Assembly (NCBI GenBank): GCA_038215615.1
Contig: JBBQQR010000011.1
Coordinates: forward strand, 9,599 to 73,598
Direction of reading: 5' to 3'
DNA from: Vulcanimicrobiales bacterium
GTDB lineage: Bacteria; Vulcanimicrobiota; Vulcanimicrobiia; Vulcanimicrobiales; Vulcanimicrobiaceae
Length of the DNA: 64,000 nucleotides
Shown here: positions 54,418-64,000 of the stretch, piece by piece
Layout of the letters: every line of letters starts with the position of its first letter
How positions within the stretch are numbered: the first letter of the stretch is position 1
Notes under the pieces: generated by a model
Told to the model about the DNA's origin: nothing
The model's input: only the letters and a program-made list of their open reading frames with translations
Database searches by the model: none
Made by a program: the position numbers and the translations under genes

Positions 54418-56418
54418 GTGTCGGCTGTGTTGCGTTCTATGCGGTGGCTCCCGCTCGCAGTTCTCGCGCTCGCCTTGTTTGTGATAGGGCCTGTCACCGG
54501 CAGCGGATGGATGGCCGACGATGCATTTTATTCGACACTCCCCGGCATCCTCGGCGCCGACCGCGTCACGCTGTGGCAGGCGATGGCGCATTCATTCCAG
54601 GTGTGGTTTTTTGGAAACGGGCGATTCTATCCGGGACTGATAGTCGAGAAATACGTCGTCTTCGATCTCTTCACAAATCTCATCGCTTACAAGGTGTTTT
54701 TGGCGGCGGCGACACTTGCCGCACTCGAAATGTTCCGGCGCTGTGTGCAAGCGTACACCACTCCGGCGTTTGCAGCGCTGGCCGCATTATGCGCGGCGGC
54801 GCTCTTGTGTATTCACGGTTATCAGGATGCCCTGATCGCCTACAACGGCATGCCGCAACTGGTTGCGGTCGCGATGTTCGGCTCGTTCATCGTTTTTCGC
54901 GCAAAGCTCGTTGGAGGCGGCCGCTCGAAGACCGTCGTTTCCGTCGCGCTGTATGCCCTGGCCGCGCTTACCTATGAAGATGCCTACCTTTTGTGTGGGC
55001 TTTATCCGCTGCTCGCGCGTCCGCTAACCGGCAGTTGGCGCGCGGCATTCCGTATTTCGGCTCCGTTTGTGGCTATCGCCGTGGCACTCGCGGTTTTTGA
55101 ACTGCTCCTCAATGGCCGGGCGAAACTTCCACCGGATGCTCTCTACGCCGTACATGCAGACCCCGTCATGATCTTGAAAACGGCCTTCTATCAAATCATC
55201 GCGGCGTTGCCGTTTGCGTACTGGCTGGCGGATCCGCCTCGGTTGTTTCCCATCTTCGCGATGGCCGCTTTCGTTGGGTTTGCGATTGCCGGTTGGTTCG
55301 CGCTGCGCGCAATGGCGCGCTCGGGTCTTGAGCCGCTGCCGCTTTGGACGGGCGTGTTTTCGGCGGTCCTGCCGGCCGTGCCGGTGGCGCTACTCGTCAA
55401 GTATCAGCACGAGCTGCGACCGGGAATCGGATATCTTCCGGTGTTCCTGCAGACGTTCGGCGTCGCGCTGCTCCTGGCGTCGGCGGCCACGGCCGCGGTT
55501 CGCGGCCGCTTTGGAAGCGGAGCCCGGGTCGCACTTGCGTTATTCCTGGGGGTGCTCGGTGCCGGCGCGTACGCGTCGAACGTGCAGCTCGTTCGCGCGC
55601 AAGAACCGGCGCGCGAGGCGCGCGCCGCGTTCGAAGGCGCGCTTGCCCACGGACTTCTCAAAAGCGTCTCCGATGGCTCGATCATAACGATCCCTAAAAG
55701 CTTCGACTGGATCGACTATGACGACAGCGGTCCCGACGGGATTTCAACGCGCGGTCTGCTCTACGAATATGCTGGAAAACGAGCCGATCTCGAAGCGCCC
55801 GGCGACTCGCGGGCCCGCTATACGTTGCATTACTCAAGCGCATCGGAGAGGTGGTCGCTTTTTCGTTCGCCCCGAAGAGCGTATGTCACCGACCTACCGC
55901 CGGCGTGCAACACCGCCGGCATAACCAATGGGGATTTCACGTTCGGTGTTGTGTGCTGGGCGTACGTTGCAACTACGCGCGGCGGCCCGAGCGACTATCC
56001 GCAATTCCGGATCGAGGCCGCGGACGTGTGTCTTCCGCCCTCGGCCGCGGGAAATCCATACGCCACTCTTAACGTGCCGGGCGGCGCCGGCGCGTATCTG
56101 GCGCAAACGTTTCGTTATCGCGGCACGCCCACGCGCGTCAGACTGCGGGCGTGGGGCGCCATCGATCCGGTGACGGTGCAGGTCGGCGTCGTCTATCCCG
56201 TCGGCACCGGCATCGGAACCGAACGGATTTTGGATACGTTCGCAGCGCCGCCGCTGCAGCTCACATCAGGGGCTTGTTCGGGCTTGCATCCGGTTGAAAA
56301 AGAGTACTTGTTTTCAGGCTACGCGCGCGGCGCGCAGATCCAACTGCGGCTGCATGCGACTTCGGCCGGATTCAACGGCGCGATCGCAGCGTTCGACGAC
56401 GTCTTTTCATCACCTTAA
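54418..56418 (+). CDS. Polytopic GT-C-like membrane protein with C-terminal CBM-like domain
   Basis: DD after TM1, GRFYP, YE motifs, about 11 TMs; C-terminal NGDF..W...FDDV jelly-roll pattern. Confidence 0.6.
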   Translation: MSAVLRSMRWLPLAVLALALFVIGPVTGSGWMADDAFYSTLPGILGADRVTLWQAMAHSFQVWFFGNGRFYPGLIVEKYVVFDLFTNLIAYKVFLAAATLAALEMFRRCVQAYTTPAFAALAALCAAALLCIHGYQDALIAYNGMPQLVAVAMFGSFIVFRAKLVGGGRSKTVVSVALYALAALTYEDAYLLCGLYPLLARPLTGSWRAAFRISAPFVAIAVALAVFELLLNGRAKLPPDALYAVHADPVMILKTAFYQIIAALPFAYWLADPPRLFPIFAMAAFVGFAIAGWFALRAMARSGLEPLPLWTGVFSAVLPAVPVALLVKYQHELRPGIGYLPVFLQTFGVALLLASAATAAVRGRFGSGARVALALFLGVLGAGAYASNVQLVRAQEPAREARAAFEGALAHGLLKSVSDGSIITIPKSFDWIDYDDSGPDGISTRGLLYEYAGKRADLEAPGDSRARYTLHYSSASERWSLFRSPRRAYVTDLPPACNTAGITNGDFTFGVVCWAYVATTRGGPSDYPQFRIEAADVCLPPSAAGNPYATLNVPGGAGAYLAQTFRYRGTPTRVRLRAWGAIDPVTVQVGVVYPVGTGIGTERILDTFAAPPLQLTSGACSGLHPVEKEYLFSGYARGAQIQLRLHATSAGFNGAIAAFDDVFSSP

Positions 56419-58043
56419 ACGTTCGAACAAAGGCCGCGCGCCGCGAGCCAATCGCGCGCGCGCCCACGCTTCTCGGCGTTACGGAATGCACGCCATTGCC
56501 TCTCGGCCCCCGGCTTCACGAGTCCGGGGTCCGTTTCATAGACAGGCCATGTGGCGGCAGTGCGCACCAGCGGAAAACGCTGCATCCAGGCGCACAGCTC
56601 GACGTTGCGGTAGAACCGGTTGCGCTCAATGGCGATGAAATAACGCGCGCCTTTGCGGATCGCGCTCTGCTCGTCGAACGGCGTCCAGAGGTACGGATCC
56701 TCTTCCCATCCGTACCGTGCGATGTAGTAGAGCACCGATGGGTCGTAGTGCCCCATGACAACGAGCGCTGCCGGCGGTAGAGCACGGTCCAGGGCGATCG
56801 CGTTCCGGTAGACGCTTTTTGAATAGTGGTAGTACGGCTTGACGATCTCGCGATTTTGAAAGATCGTGGCGGCGAAAGCGCCGACTGCCAGCGCCGCGCA
56901 GGCGTACTTCGCCACGGCGGCAAGCGCGCTGCTTTCTGCTGCCGCTATAAGGCGCTGCATGAAACCGGCCGCGGCTAGCGCTGCCAGCGGCAGAAGCGGA
57001 AACGTATAGTAATCCACGCGCTCGACCGTCACCACGACGAATATGTATGCCAGACCAGCGGCCAGCCAAACCCACACGAGCGAGCGCGAGCGAATCGTCG
57101 GGGGCGTAAAAAAGAGTCCGAGAACCGCGGCCGCCGAAATCGCCGGCCCAATCATGCCGTAGGCCAGTACCCCGAGCATGACGCGGAACTGTGCGACCTT
57201 GGCGCCAAATGCGCCGGCGCTCTGCAGCGATGCTCGCAGCGACGGCAGCACGTGGAGCGCGAGAATTCCGCTCGCCCAATGCCACTCGGCGTGCGACCCG
57301 ACGACGCGGTCGTAGAGCCACAGAATGAGAAGCGGCGCAGCAAGCACAGCGAAAGCCGAAAGCGGCCGGAACGTTCGTCCCGAGTACGCGCGTTCGCCGA
57401 TCAGCACCAGGATGGGAACGATCGCGACGGCCGCAACTGGTTTCGCCAACAGCGCCAGCGCCAGCAAAGCGGCGCACGTCAGCACATCGCGAGCGCGCCA
57501 GCGTTCCCGGTCGATCAGTAAGCGTGCCGTGGCGTAAAGTGCCGCGGTCATGAAGAAGACCATCGCCGTATCCGGAGTGAACGTGCGTCCATAATAGACG
57601 CTCCCTGGCATGATCGCGTAGAAAAGCGCGGCCAATATTCCCGCGGCCGCGCTGGCGAAAAGCCACCGCCCGAAGAGGGCGAGCACCGCTACCGTTCCGA
57701 GGCTGAAGAGTATCGTGACGACGCGTCCCGCGATTTCATGTACGCTGAAGATTTTGTAAAACGTCGCCGCGAGAAACGGCACGATCTGCAGTTCGAGCTC
57801 TACGTAGTTGGGCGGCGGTCCGTTGTAGCTCGTTTGCGGGTAGAAAATGTTATACCGCAGTGCGGAAAAGTTGCGCGCGATGGACGCCTCGTCGCCTTGC
57901 CTCCAGCCGGGATGATCGAGCAGCGGATTGTGGACTCCCTTAAGCCGTAAGATAAAGCCGAGGGCGACGGCCACCAGTACGCCGAGCGTCCAAAGCGCGC
58001 GCCGCCTCTGGTCGCCGGTCAGGCTACGTGTTTGAACGTCCAA
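56415..58043 (-). CDS. ArnT/PMT_2-like GT-C glycosyltransferase
   Basis: WRQGDEASIARNF, GR, PD, LAKP motifs; many TMs. Confidence 0.85.
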   Translation of the reverse strand: MDVQTRSLTGDQRRRALWTLGVLVAVALGFILRLKGVHNPLLDHPGWRQGDEASIARNFSALRYNIFYPQTSYNGPPPNYVELELQIVPFLAATFYKIFSVHEIAGRVVTILFSLGTVAVLALFGRWLFASAAAGILAALFYAIMPGSVYYGRTFTPDTAMVFFMTAALYATARLLIDRERWRARDVLTCAALLALALLAKPVAAVAIVPILVLIGERAYSGRTFRPLSAFAVLAAPLLILWLYDRVVGSHAEWHWASGILALHVLPSLRASLQSAGAFGAKVAQFRVMLGVLAYGMIGPAISAAAVLGLFFTPPTIRSRSLVWVWLAAGLAYIFVVVTVERVDYYTFPLLPLAALAAAGFMQRLIAAAESSALAAVAKYACAALAVGAFAATIFQNREIVKPYYHYSKSVYRNAIALDRALPPAALVVMGHYDPSVLYYIARYGWEEDPYLWTPFDEQSAIRKGARYFIAIERNRFYRNVELCAWMQRFPLVRTAATWPVYETDPGLVKPGAERQWRAFRNAEKRGRARDWLAARGLCSNV

Positions 58044-58450
58044 TATTTATTGAGAAAGAAGTTCACTACTATGCCGGCCAGCGTAGCGATGAACCACGTC
58101 TTGTGGCCGTGCCCCAAAAACGGTGAGATGAGCGCCGAAACAATCAGACCGACGGTTAGCGCAGCCGCCGAGACCGTCAGGAACTTGCTTCCCTCGCGAA
58201 ACGCATGCCCGGTCGAGCGAAATGTCCAGACACGGTTGAAATAGTAATTCGAAACGCCGCCGCTCAGGAACGCCACGGAGTAGATAGCATAGTATTGCTC
58301 CGGCTGTTCGTGATGCGGTATGAGGCGCTGAAGCCCGGTGAAGACGAGCAGGTTCACCAGGAAACCCGAGGCGCCGACGATACCAAATTTGACGAATTGA
58401 CGTACGCCGCGGCGCTGCGTAACGCTATGCAACCCAGTACCAGTCGGCAA
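58019..58450 (-). CDS. GtrA-family flippase
   Basis: QFVKFGIVG, NYYFNRVWTF, NFFLNKYWTF. Confidence 0.92.
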   Translation of the reverse strand: MPTGTGLHSVTQRRGVRQFVKFGIVGASGFLVNLLVFTGLQRLIPHHEQPEQYYAIYSVAFLSGGVSNYYFNRVWTFRSTGHAFREGSKFLTVSAAALTVGLIVSALISPFLGHGHKTWFIATLAGIVVNFFLNKYWTFKHVA

Positions 58451-59945
58451 ACAGAACCGTGAACAGACCCAAAAGGGGAAGCGAAAGGGCGACGATCGCG
58501 TTATTGATTCGCGAACGTCCGCCCCACAACGCCAAGATCACGAACATCGGAAAAAGCACCAGCGCGAAACGCGGCATGCTCATGAGGCTTGAGGTGCAGA
58601 GCGGCATGAGAATCGAGAGGCCCATATACGCCACGTACGACGCTTTGAGTTTGCGCCAACCGCCGGCGAGCACGCCAATCATCAGCGCGGTGAAGACGAT
58701 CTCGAGGATCTGCTGGGCGACAGTTTGCGGTCCTACGGCCATGGCAATTTTATGGAACGAGTTGCCGATCGAGGTCCATGGAGCCGCGAGCTGGCGGTTC
58801 CAGTGCGACTGCACGTGCGAAAAGTAGAGCGGATCGCCGTTGAGTACCCACAGATAGACCATGAAGAGCACGAGCCCGAGCGGGATCAAAGCGATCGGCA
58901 AGAGATTCTTCACGCCGGCGACCGCGTTTTCACGGTATGCGCTCCACCATTCGATCGCAAACGGAACCGCGAGCAACACGCCCTCGATGCGCGTGAGCGA
59001 AGCCAGCAGTCCGATGGCTCCGGCGAGCCACCAACGCCGTTCCCGCATGTAATAAAACGACGCTACAGTTAGCATCAGGAATAGCGACTCGGTATAGACC
59101 GCCGAGAAGAAGACCGCAGTGGGAAAGATCGAGATGTAAAAAATCGCGCGCCGGGCTACCGTCCGGTCGAACTCATGCTCGACCAGCTTATAAAGGAAGA
59201 GCAACGCAAAGAAGAGCGCGGCGTTGGAGATTACCAGGCCCGCTATTAAGTGATTTCCGATGACCTTGCCGAGAATTCCGATCAGCAGCGGTAAGAGCGG
59301 AAAGAAGGCCATGTCGGTTCCGTGGTAGCCGTTGGTTGCAATATCCAGATAGTGGACCGCGTCCCACCGGCCCCAAACCGCCAGCAGCAGCGTGCGCGAC
59401 TCCTGCACGTGGGTGCCGGCGCGTTGGCCGATGATGACCGCAGCCAGCTCCGCGATGACGATGATCGCAAACCGCGAGACCACGAAATCGATCGAGACGT
59501 CGCGTACGGTTTCGTTGAACCGCGCGGCGACGGCGAGCTTTCCGATGCAGAACAGCGCCGCGCAATACACGAAGAGGCGCACCCCGCCGTGTGTCAGCCA
59601 CAACGGCATCACGAACGAAAGCCAGAGCAGCACGAACACCGACCACGAGATCGCGTCGTACTGTAGCGAACGCTGAAATTTGATGCCGGTTCGGGACGCG
59701 AAATAGTCGCCGTACGCTTGCCACGCCCAAACCACGGCTACCAACGCGATCACAAGCAAGAGCGGTAGCCCCGCCGCCGTGAGCGTGGGGTCTTGTTTGG
59801 GCACAACGAAACCGTACCAAAGAAAAAATCCCAGCGTCAGGCCGGCGGCAGCAACCGCGGCAAGCGGCAGCCATCCGGCCGCGAGCAACCCTTGCAGCGC
59901 GTTAGAACGGATTGGAAAAGTGCGTTGCGATTCGTCCAAATGCAC
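58425..59945 (-). CDS. PIG-V-like mannosyltransferase (GT-C) with N-terminal TM extension
   Basis: RWDAVHYLDIATNGY, AFFPLLP, FPTAVFFSAVYTESLF; start GTG 59945 inferred. Confidence 0.85.
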   Translation of the reverse strand: MHLDESQRTFPIRSNALQGLLAAGWLPLAAVAAAGLTLGFFLWYGFVVPKQDPTLTAAGLPLLLVIALVAVVWAWQAYGDYFASRTGIKFQRSLQYDAISWSVFVLLWLSFVMPLWLTHGGVRLFVYCAALFCIGKLAVAARFNETVRDVSIDFVVSRFAIIVIAELAAVIIGQRAGTHVQESRTLLLAVWGRWDAVHYLDIATNGYHGTDMAFFPLLPLLIGILGKVIGNHLIAGLVISNAALFFALLFLYKLVEHEFDRTVARRAIFYISIFPTAVFFSAVYTESLFLMLTVASFYYMRERRWWLAGAIGLLASLTRIEGVLLAVPFAIEWWSAYRENAVAGVKNLLPIALIPLGLVLFMVYLWVLNGDPLYFSHVQSHWNRQLAAPWTSIGNSFHKIAMAVGPQTVAQQILEIVFTALMIGVLAGGWRKLKASYVAYMGLSILMPLCTSSLMSMPRFALVLFPMFVILALWGGRSRINNAIVALSLPLLGLFTVLFADWYWVA

Positions 59946-60001
59946 GGATACGATGCAACTTCTAAAGGAATCGCCCCGCTTCCCTTGTAGCCTCAAAGAG
60001 T

Positions 60002-60985
60002 ATGGCAACAATGATTGCGCGTACGTCCACAAGCCCCGTTAATACGCTGGATTTCGTAAAAGTGACGGAGAGCGCCGCGCTGGCAGCGTCGCGTTGGATG
60101 GGGCGCGGCGAACGCGACAAAGCCGATGGCGCCGCAGTCGAGCGTATGCGCGAGGCGCTCGGCGAAATGGAGATTTCCGGGCGCATCGTGATCGGCGAGG
60201 GCGAACGCGATGAGGCGCCGATGCTGTACATCGGTGAGGAGCTGGGCCGCGGCGGATTTGAAGTCGACATCGCCGTCGATCCGGTCGAAGGCACAAATCT
60301 CGTAGCCAACGGACTTCCCAACTCGATCGCCGTGATGGCTATCGCCGAACGCGGATGTTTGCTCAACGCGCCCGACACATATATGAAAAAACTCGCGGTC
60401 GGACCGAAGGCCGCGCCGTTCGTGCATCTCGATGCGCCCGTCCGCGACAATATCGAAGCCGTCGCTAACGCAATGGAAAAACCCGTCAGCGATGTGACGG
60501 TCGTTATTCTCGATCGTCCGCGTCATGCCGACCTCGTTGCGCAAGTTCGTGAAGCGGGCGCCCGGATCAAGTTGATCTCCGACGGCGACGTGGACGCTTG
60601 CATCGCGACGGCGGTCCCGGGTACCGGCATACACGTTGCAATGGGAACGGGCGGCGCGCCCGAAGGCGTGCTCGCGGCGGCGGCGCTGAAGTGTCTGGGC
60701 GGTATGTTCATGGGCAGATTGGAGCCGCGCAACGACGATGAAGCCAGGCGTGCGCACGAGATGGGCATTGCGGATCTCTCGGCGGTCCTGACAATGAACG
60801 ATCTGGTCAAAGGCGAGCACTTGGTATTTTGCGCAACGGGCATTACCGACGGCGATCTGGCGCGCGGCGTACGGTTCTTCGGCAACAATGCGCGCACGCA
60901 TTCGATCGTGATGCACTCGGGAGGCACGCTGCGGTTCATCGAATCCGTGCACCGTTTGGGAGCGCGTCCGCAGCACAACGCTTGA
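60002..60985 (+). CDS. glpX: Class II fructose-1,6-bisphosphatase
   Basis: VIGEGERDEAPMLYIGE, DPVEGT, DRPRH, GGAPEGV, ATGITDG. Confidence 0.96.
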   Translation: MATMIARTSTSPVNTLDFVKVTESAALAASRWMGRGERDKADGAAVERMREALGEMEISGRIVIGEGERDEAPMLYIGEELGRGGFEVDIAVDPVEGTNLVANGLPNSIAVMAIAERGCLLNAPDTYMKKLAVGPKAAPFVHLDAPVRDNIEAVANAMEKPVSDVTVVILDRPRHADLVAQVREAGARIKLISDGDVDACIATAVPGTGIHVAMGTGGAPEGVLAAAALKCLGGMFMGRLEPRNDDEARRAHEMGIADLSAVLTMNDLVKGEHLVFCATGITDGDLARGVRFFGNNARTHSIVMHSGGTLRFIESVHRLGARPQHNA

Positions 60986-62409
60986 AAACGCGCGAGCGGT
61001 TCGATCTCGTTGTGGTCGGGGCGGGTTCTGGCGGATTTGCGGCGGCGCGCACGGCACGCGATCTGGGAGCGTCCGTAGCGCTCATCGATCACGGCCCGCT
61101 TGGCGGCCTCTGCATCCTCCGCGGCTGCATGCCTAGCAAGACGCTGCTGGCGTCGAGCGATGCGATCACCGATATGCGCGAAGCTGTGGAACTCGGCATA
61201 CACGCCGGCGACATAACATTTGATTTTCCGCAGATCATGCGGCGCAAGGCCGAACTGATTCGCGGTTTCGCCGACTACCGCATCGACGGGCTGCGGCAGT
61301 TTCCGCTCTACGAAGGCCCGGCGCGTTTCATCTCTTCGTGTGAAGTCGAGGCAGCCGGAACGGTACTTGAAGCGGATAAATTCATCATCGCAACGGGCAG
61401 CGTCGTCGCACCCGCCGCCGTGCCGGGGCTTCCCGAAACCGGGTTCATAGACAGCGATGCCGCGTTGGAATTGAAAGACCTGCCGCGCTCGCTGGTCGTT
61501 TTAGGCGGCGGATACGTCGCGTGTGAGCTGGGACAATTCTTTTCGCGCATGGGCGTGAAGACGTCGATCGTTTTGCGCAGCCCGCACCTGCTCTCGGGCG
61601 AGGATCACGATATAGGTGAGGGGTTGACGGAGTATTTTCGCGCCGAGGGCATCGACGTGCATACCGATACGCAGATCGTACGGGCGAGCACGCGCGGCGG
61701 AACGAAGCTCGCGCACGTCGTTCATAAGGGCGTCGAAGGGGAAATCGAAGCGGACGAGCTCTTGTATTGCCTGGGCCGGGTTCCGAATTTTGAAGGGCTC
61801 AACCTCAATGCAGCCGGCGTTCCCTGCCATAACATCACCGGAATCGAGACCGACGAGACGATGCAAACGTGCAACCCGGACTTTTACGCTATCGGCGACG
61901 TCGCGGGAAAACATATGCTCGTTCACGTGGCGATTTACGAAGGTGAGATCGCGGCCCGAAACGCGCTGCGCAAGGCGGGCGTGACGCCCGAAAAAGCCGA
62001 TTACACGATCACGGCCGCGCACACCGTATTTAGCGACCCACAAGTTGCCGTCGTCGGCAGCACGGAGCGCGCACTGCAAGTCAAAGGTACTGCCTACGTC
62101 AAGGGGACCTACGATTTTGCCGAGCACGGCAAGGCGCAATGCATTGGAAAGACCAAGGGTTTCGTGAAAATCCTGGCGGGCGCGCAAGACGGAAAAATTC
62201 TCGGCGCCGCCATTCTTGGTCCGCACGGCTCGGATCTGATTCACGAACTGATCGTTGCAATGCGTTACGAAGCGACGGTCGCGCAGTTCATGTCCATTCC
62301 ACACCTCCATCCGACGCTGGCCGAAATTTGGACGTATCCCGCTGAGGAGTGCGCTGCCAAGTTGAAGATGGCCGGCCCGGGCCAACTCGATCCCGAGGTC
62401 GCACTGTAG
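60982..62409 (+). CDS. Class I pyridine nucleotide-disulfide oxidoreductase (Lpd/MerA-like family)
   Basis: GAGSGG, GGLCILRGCMPSK, GGGYVACE, HPTLAE; TTG overlaps the glpX stop. Confidence 0.9.
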   Translation: MKTRERFDLVVVGAGSGGFAAARTARDLGASVALIDHGPLGGLCILRGCMPSKTLLASSDAITDMREAVELGIHAGDITFDFPQIMRRKAELIRGFADYRIDGLRQFPLYEGPARFISSCEVEAAGTVLEADKFIIATGSVVAPAAVPGLPETGFIDSDAALELKDLPRSLVVLGGGYVACELGQFFSRMGVKTSIVLRSPHLLSGEDHDIGEGLTEYFRAEGIDVHTDTQIVRASTRGGTKLAHVVHKGVEGEIEADELLYCLGRVPNFEGLNLNAAGVPCHNITGIETDETMQTCNPDFYAIGDVAGKHMLVHVAIYEGEIAARNALRKAGVTPEKADYTITAAHTVFSDPQVAVVGSTERALQVKGTAYVKGTYDFAEHGKAQCIGKTKGFVKILAGAQDGKILGAAILGPHGSDLIHELIVAMRYEATVAQFMSIPHLHPTLAEIWTYPAEECAAKLKMAGPGQLDPEVAL

Positions 62410-63281
62410 TGGACGTCGTGAACGTTGCGATCGTGCAAAACAAGCCGCGTAAAGGGAAATACCGCGAAAATCTGCACGATTTGCGCGACGTGTTTTCGCA
62501 AGCGGCCGCCGATCCCGTCGATCTGATCGTATTGCCGGAGGCGGCGCTCACCGGGTATTTTCTGGAAGGCGCCGTCTACGAACTTGCGCTGACTTCCGAC
62601 GCATTCGCCGGAGACCTCGCTGCGGCGTGGCTCGAAACCAATCCCGACAAAAATGTGGACCTCGTTTGCGGATTTTATGAAAACTGCGAAGGCACGTACT
62701 ATAATTCGGCGCTCTATCTGGAAATCTCCGGCGGAAAGGCAGTCGTCAAGCACGTTCACCGCAAGCTGTTCCTGCCGACGTACGGCGTCTTTGACGAAGA
62801 ACGCTTTCTCTCGCGCGGGCGGCACCTGGAAACGTTCGAAACCCGTTTCGGCCGCGTGGCAATGCTCATTTGCGAGGATTGCTGGCACGCCATCGTGCCG
62901 ACGCTGGCGGCCGTCAAGGGTGCCCGCATATTGATCGTGCCGAGCGCGGCGCCGGGCCGCGGAATCGAGGACGGCGGCGAGCTGACCAGCATCACGCGCT
63001 GGCGCGGAATTCTTGAGGCGATCGCAGCCGAGCACGGTGTCTATCTGCTTTACGCTGGGCTGGCCGGTTTCGAAGGTGGCAAAGGCATGACGGGATCGTC
63101 ACGGATCGTCGATCCGCACGGTCACACGATCGTCGAGGCTCCGCCGCTGGGCGCACACATTATTCGCGCCGCGATCGACTTGCGCGAGATCGATCTCGCG
63201 CGGGCGACGCTGCCGCTTCTTGGCGACTTGCACGCCGTGCTGCCGGACTTGCTGGCAGACGAAGAGCTGCCGCGGCGATGA
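62409..63281 (+). CDS. Nitrilase-family amidohydrolase, probable glutaminase subunit of NAD synthetase
   Basis: E-K-C triad (LPE, HRK, ICED), LPTYGVFDEERF; coupled to nadE. Confidence 0.88.
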   Translation: MDVVNVAIVQNKPRKGKYRENLHDLRDVFSQAAADPVDLIVLPEAALTGYFLEGAVYELALTSDAFAGDLAAAWLETNPDKNVDLVCGFYENCEGTYYNSALYLEISGGKAVVKHVHRKLFLPTYGVFDEERFLSRGRHLETFETRFGRVAMLICEDCWHAIVPTLAAVKGARILIVPSAAPGRGIEDGGELTSITRWRGILEAIAAEHGVYLLYAGLAGFEGGKGMTGSSRIVDPHGHTIVEAPPLGAHIIRAAIDLREIDLARATLPLLGDLHAVLPDLLADEELPRR

Positions 63282-64000
63282 AATTACCGGTCATCGAGCC
63301 TCAACGCGACGGGTTTACGCAAGCGCCGTCGATAAACCCGGAGCTGACCACGCAGTGGCTCGAAGCGTTTCTGCGCGACGAACTTATCGCCGGGCGCAGC
63401 ATCGAGCGCGCCGTCGTCGGACTCTCCGGAGGTGTCGATTCCGCGGTGACCACCTTCCTCTGCGCACGCGCACTCGGAGCAAAAAACGTGTACGGCGTTC
63501 GCATGCCTTACAAACATTCGAGCCCGTCAAGCTTAAGCGACGCCCGGCTGGTCAGCGAAGCGCTCGGGATCAACGAGTCCACGATCGACATTAGTGCGGC
63601 CGCCGACGGTTATCTGCAGCTCGAACCCGACGCCGATGCCCGGCGCCGCGGAAACGTTCTGGCGCGCGTGCGCATGCTCGTACTCTTCGATCAGTCGGCA
63701 AAACTCGGAGCGCTCCCGGTGGGAACCGGAAACAAGACCGAACGTCTGCTGGGCTACTTCACATGGCACGCCGATGACTCGCCGCCCGTCAATCCGATCG
63801 GCGACCTCTACAAATCGCAAGTCTGGAAGCTCGCCGAATATCTCGGCGTGCCCAGGCCGCTTATCGACAAAGCTCCGAGCGCCGACTTGGAGGCCAATCA
63901 AACCGATGAAGGCGATCTCGGCATCACCTACGCGAAAGCCGACGCCATCCTTTCGCGCCTCCTGGAGGGCTACACCAACGACCAGCTCGCCGCCCGCGGT
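63278..64000 (+). CDS. nadE: NAD+ synthetase (partial, runs off the window end; not in the ORF track)
   Basis: ATG 63278: GLSGGVDS, GNVLARVRM, GTGNKTE, PIGDLYKSQV, KAPSADL, QTDE. Confidence 0.96.
   Translation, partial: MKLPVIEPQRDGFTQAPSINPELTTQWLEAFLRDELIAGRSIERAVVGLSGGVDSAVTTFLCARALGAKNVYGVRMPYKHSSPSSLSDARLVSEALGINESTIDISAAADGYLQLEPDADARRRGNVLARVRMLVLFDQSAKLGALPVGTGNKTERLLGYFTWHADDSPPVNPIGDLYKSQVWKLAEYLGVPRPLIDKAPSADLEANQTDEGDLGITYAKADAILSRLLEGYTNDQLAARG

Noticed and set aside
60002..60985. glpX as evidence of a Calvin cycle (bifunctional FBPase/SBPase)
   Set aside because: No rubisco or prk in the window; substrate range cannot be read from the motifs

Overview
A gene-dense, GC-rich (roughly 60-65% by eye) bacterial chromosomal segment, mostly core genes. 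No prophage, IS, integrase, rRNA or CRISPR array was seen. Main blocks: tRNA-Gly(CCC)/tRNA-Cys(GCA)-panE-recG-M16-HAD-rsmD-coaD-ylbL-like operon; thiolase/enoyl-CoA hydratase; phoU; moaD-moaE-moeB, queG and moaA; an ECF sigma cassette; csrA; rpsB-tsf-pyrH-frr-uppS-cdsA-dxr-rseP-ispG; proS; a GT-C/GtrA/Amj envelope glycosylation cluster; and glpX-flavoprotein reductase-nitrilase-nadE (cut by the window end). Firmicute-like synteny together with a TonB domain, short EF-Ts and archaeal-type ProRS suggests a diderm Terrabacteria lineage, possibly Ca. Eremiobacterota (inference only). Best candidate for an undescribed system: 30076-33488, an ECF sigma factor, a zinc-finger anti-sigma fused to a periplasmic TonB C-terminal domain, a lipoprotein cytochrome c, and a photolyase homolog that has lost lesion-pocket residues and the terminal Trp of the electron-transfer triad and carries a sliding-clamp-like motif. 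Other leads: a recurring ECF promoter motif before envelope genes, CsrA-type GGA hairpins in the rpsB leader next to csrA, an apparently inactive Tat-exported GH79, a DUF2249-Crp fusion, and an ATP-grasp-like gene with an upstream peptide ORF. All family calls come from motif recognition by eye, not database searches; many starts were moved relative to the ORF track.
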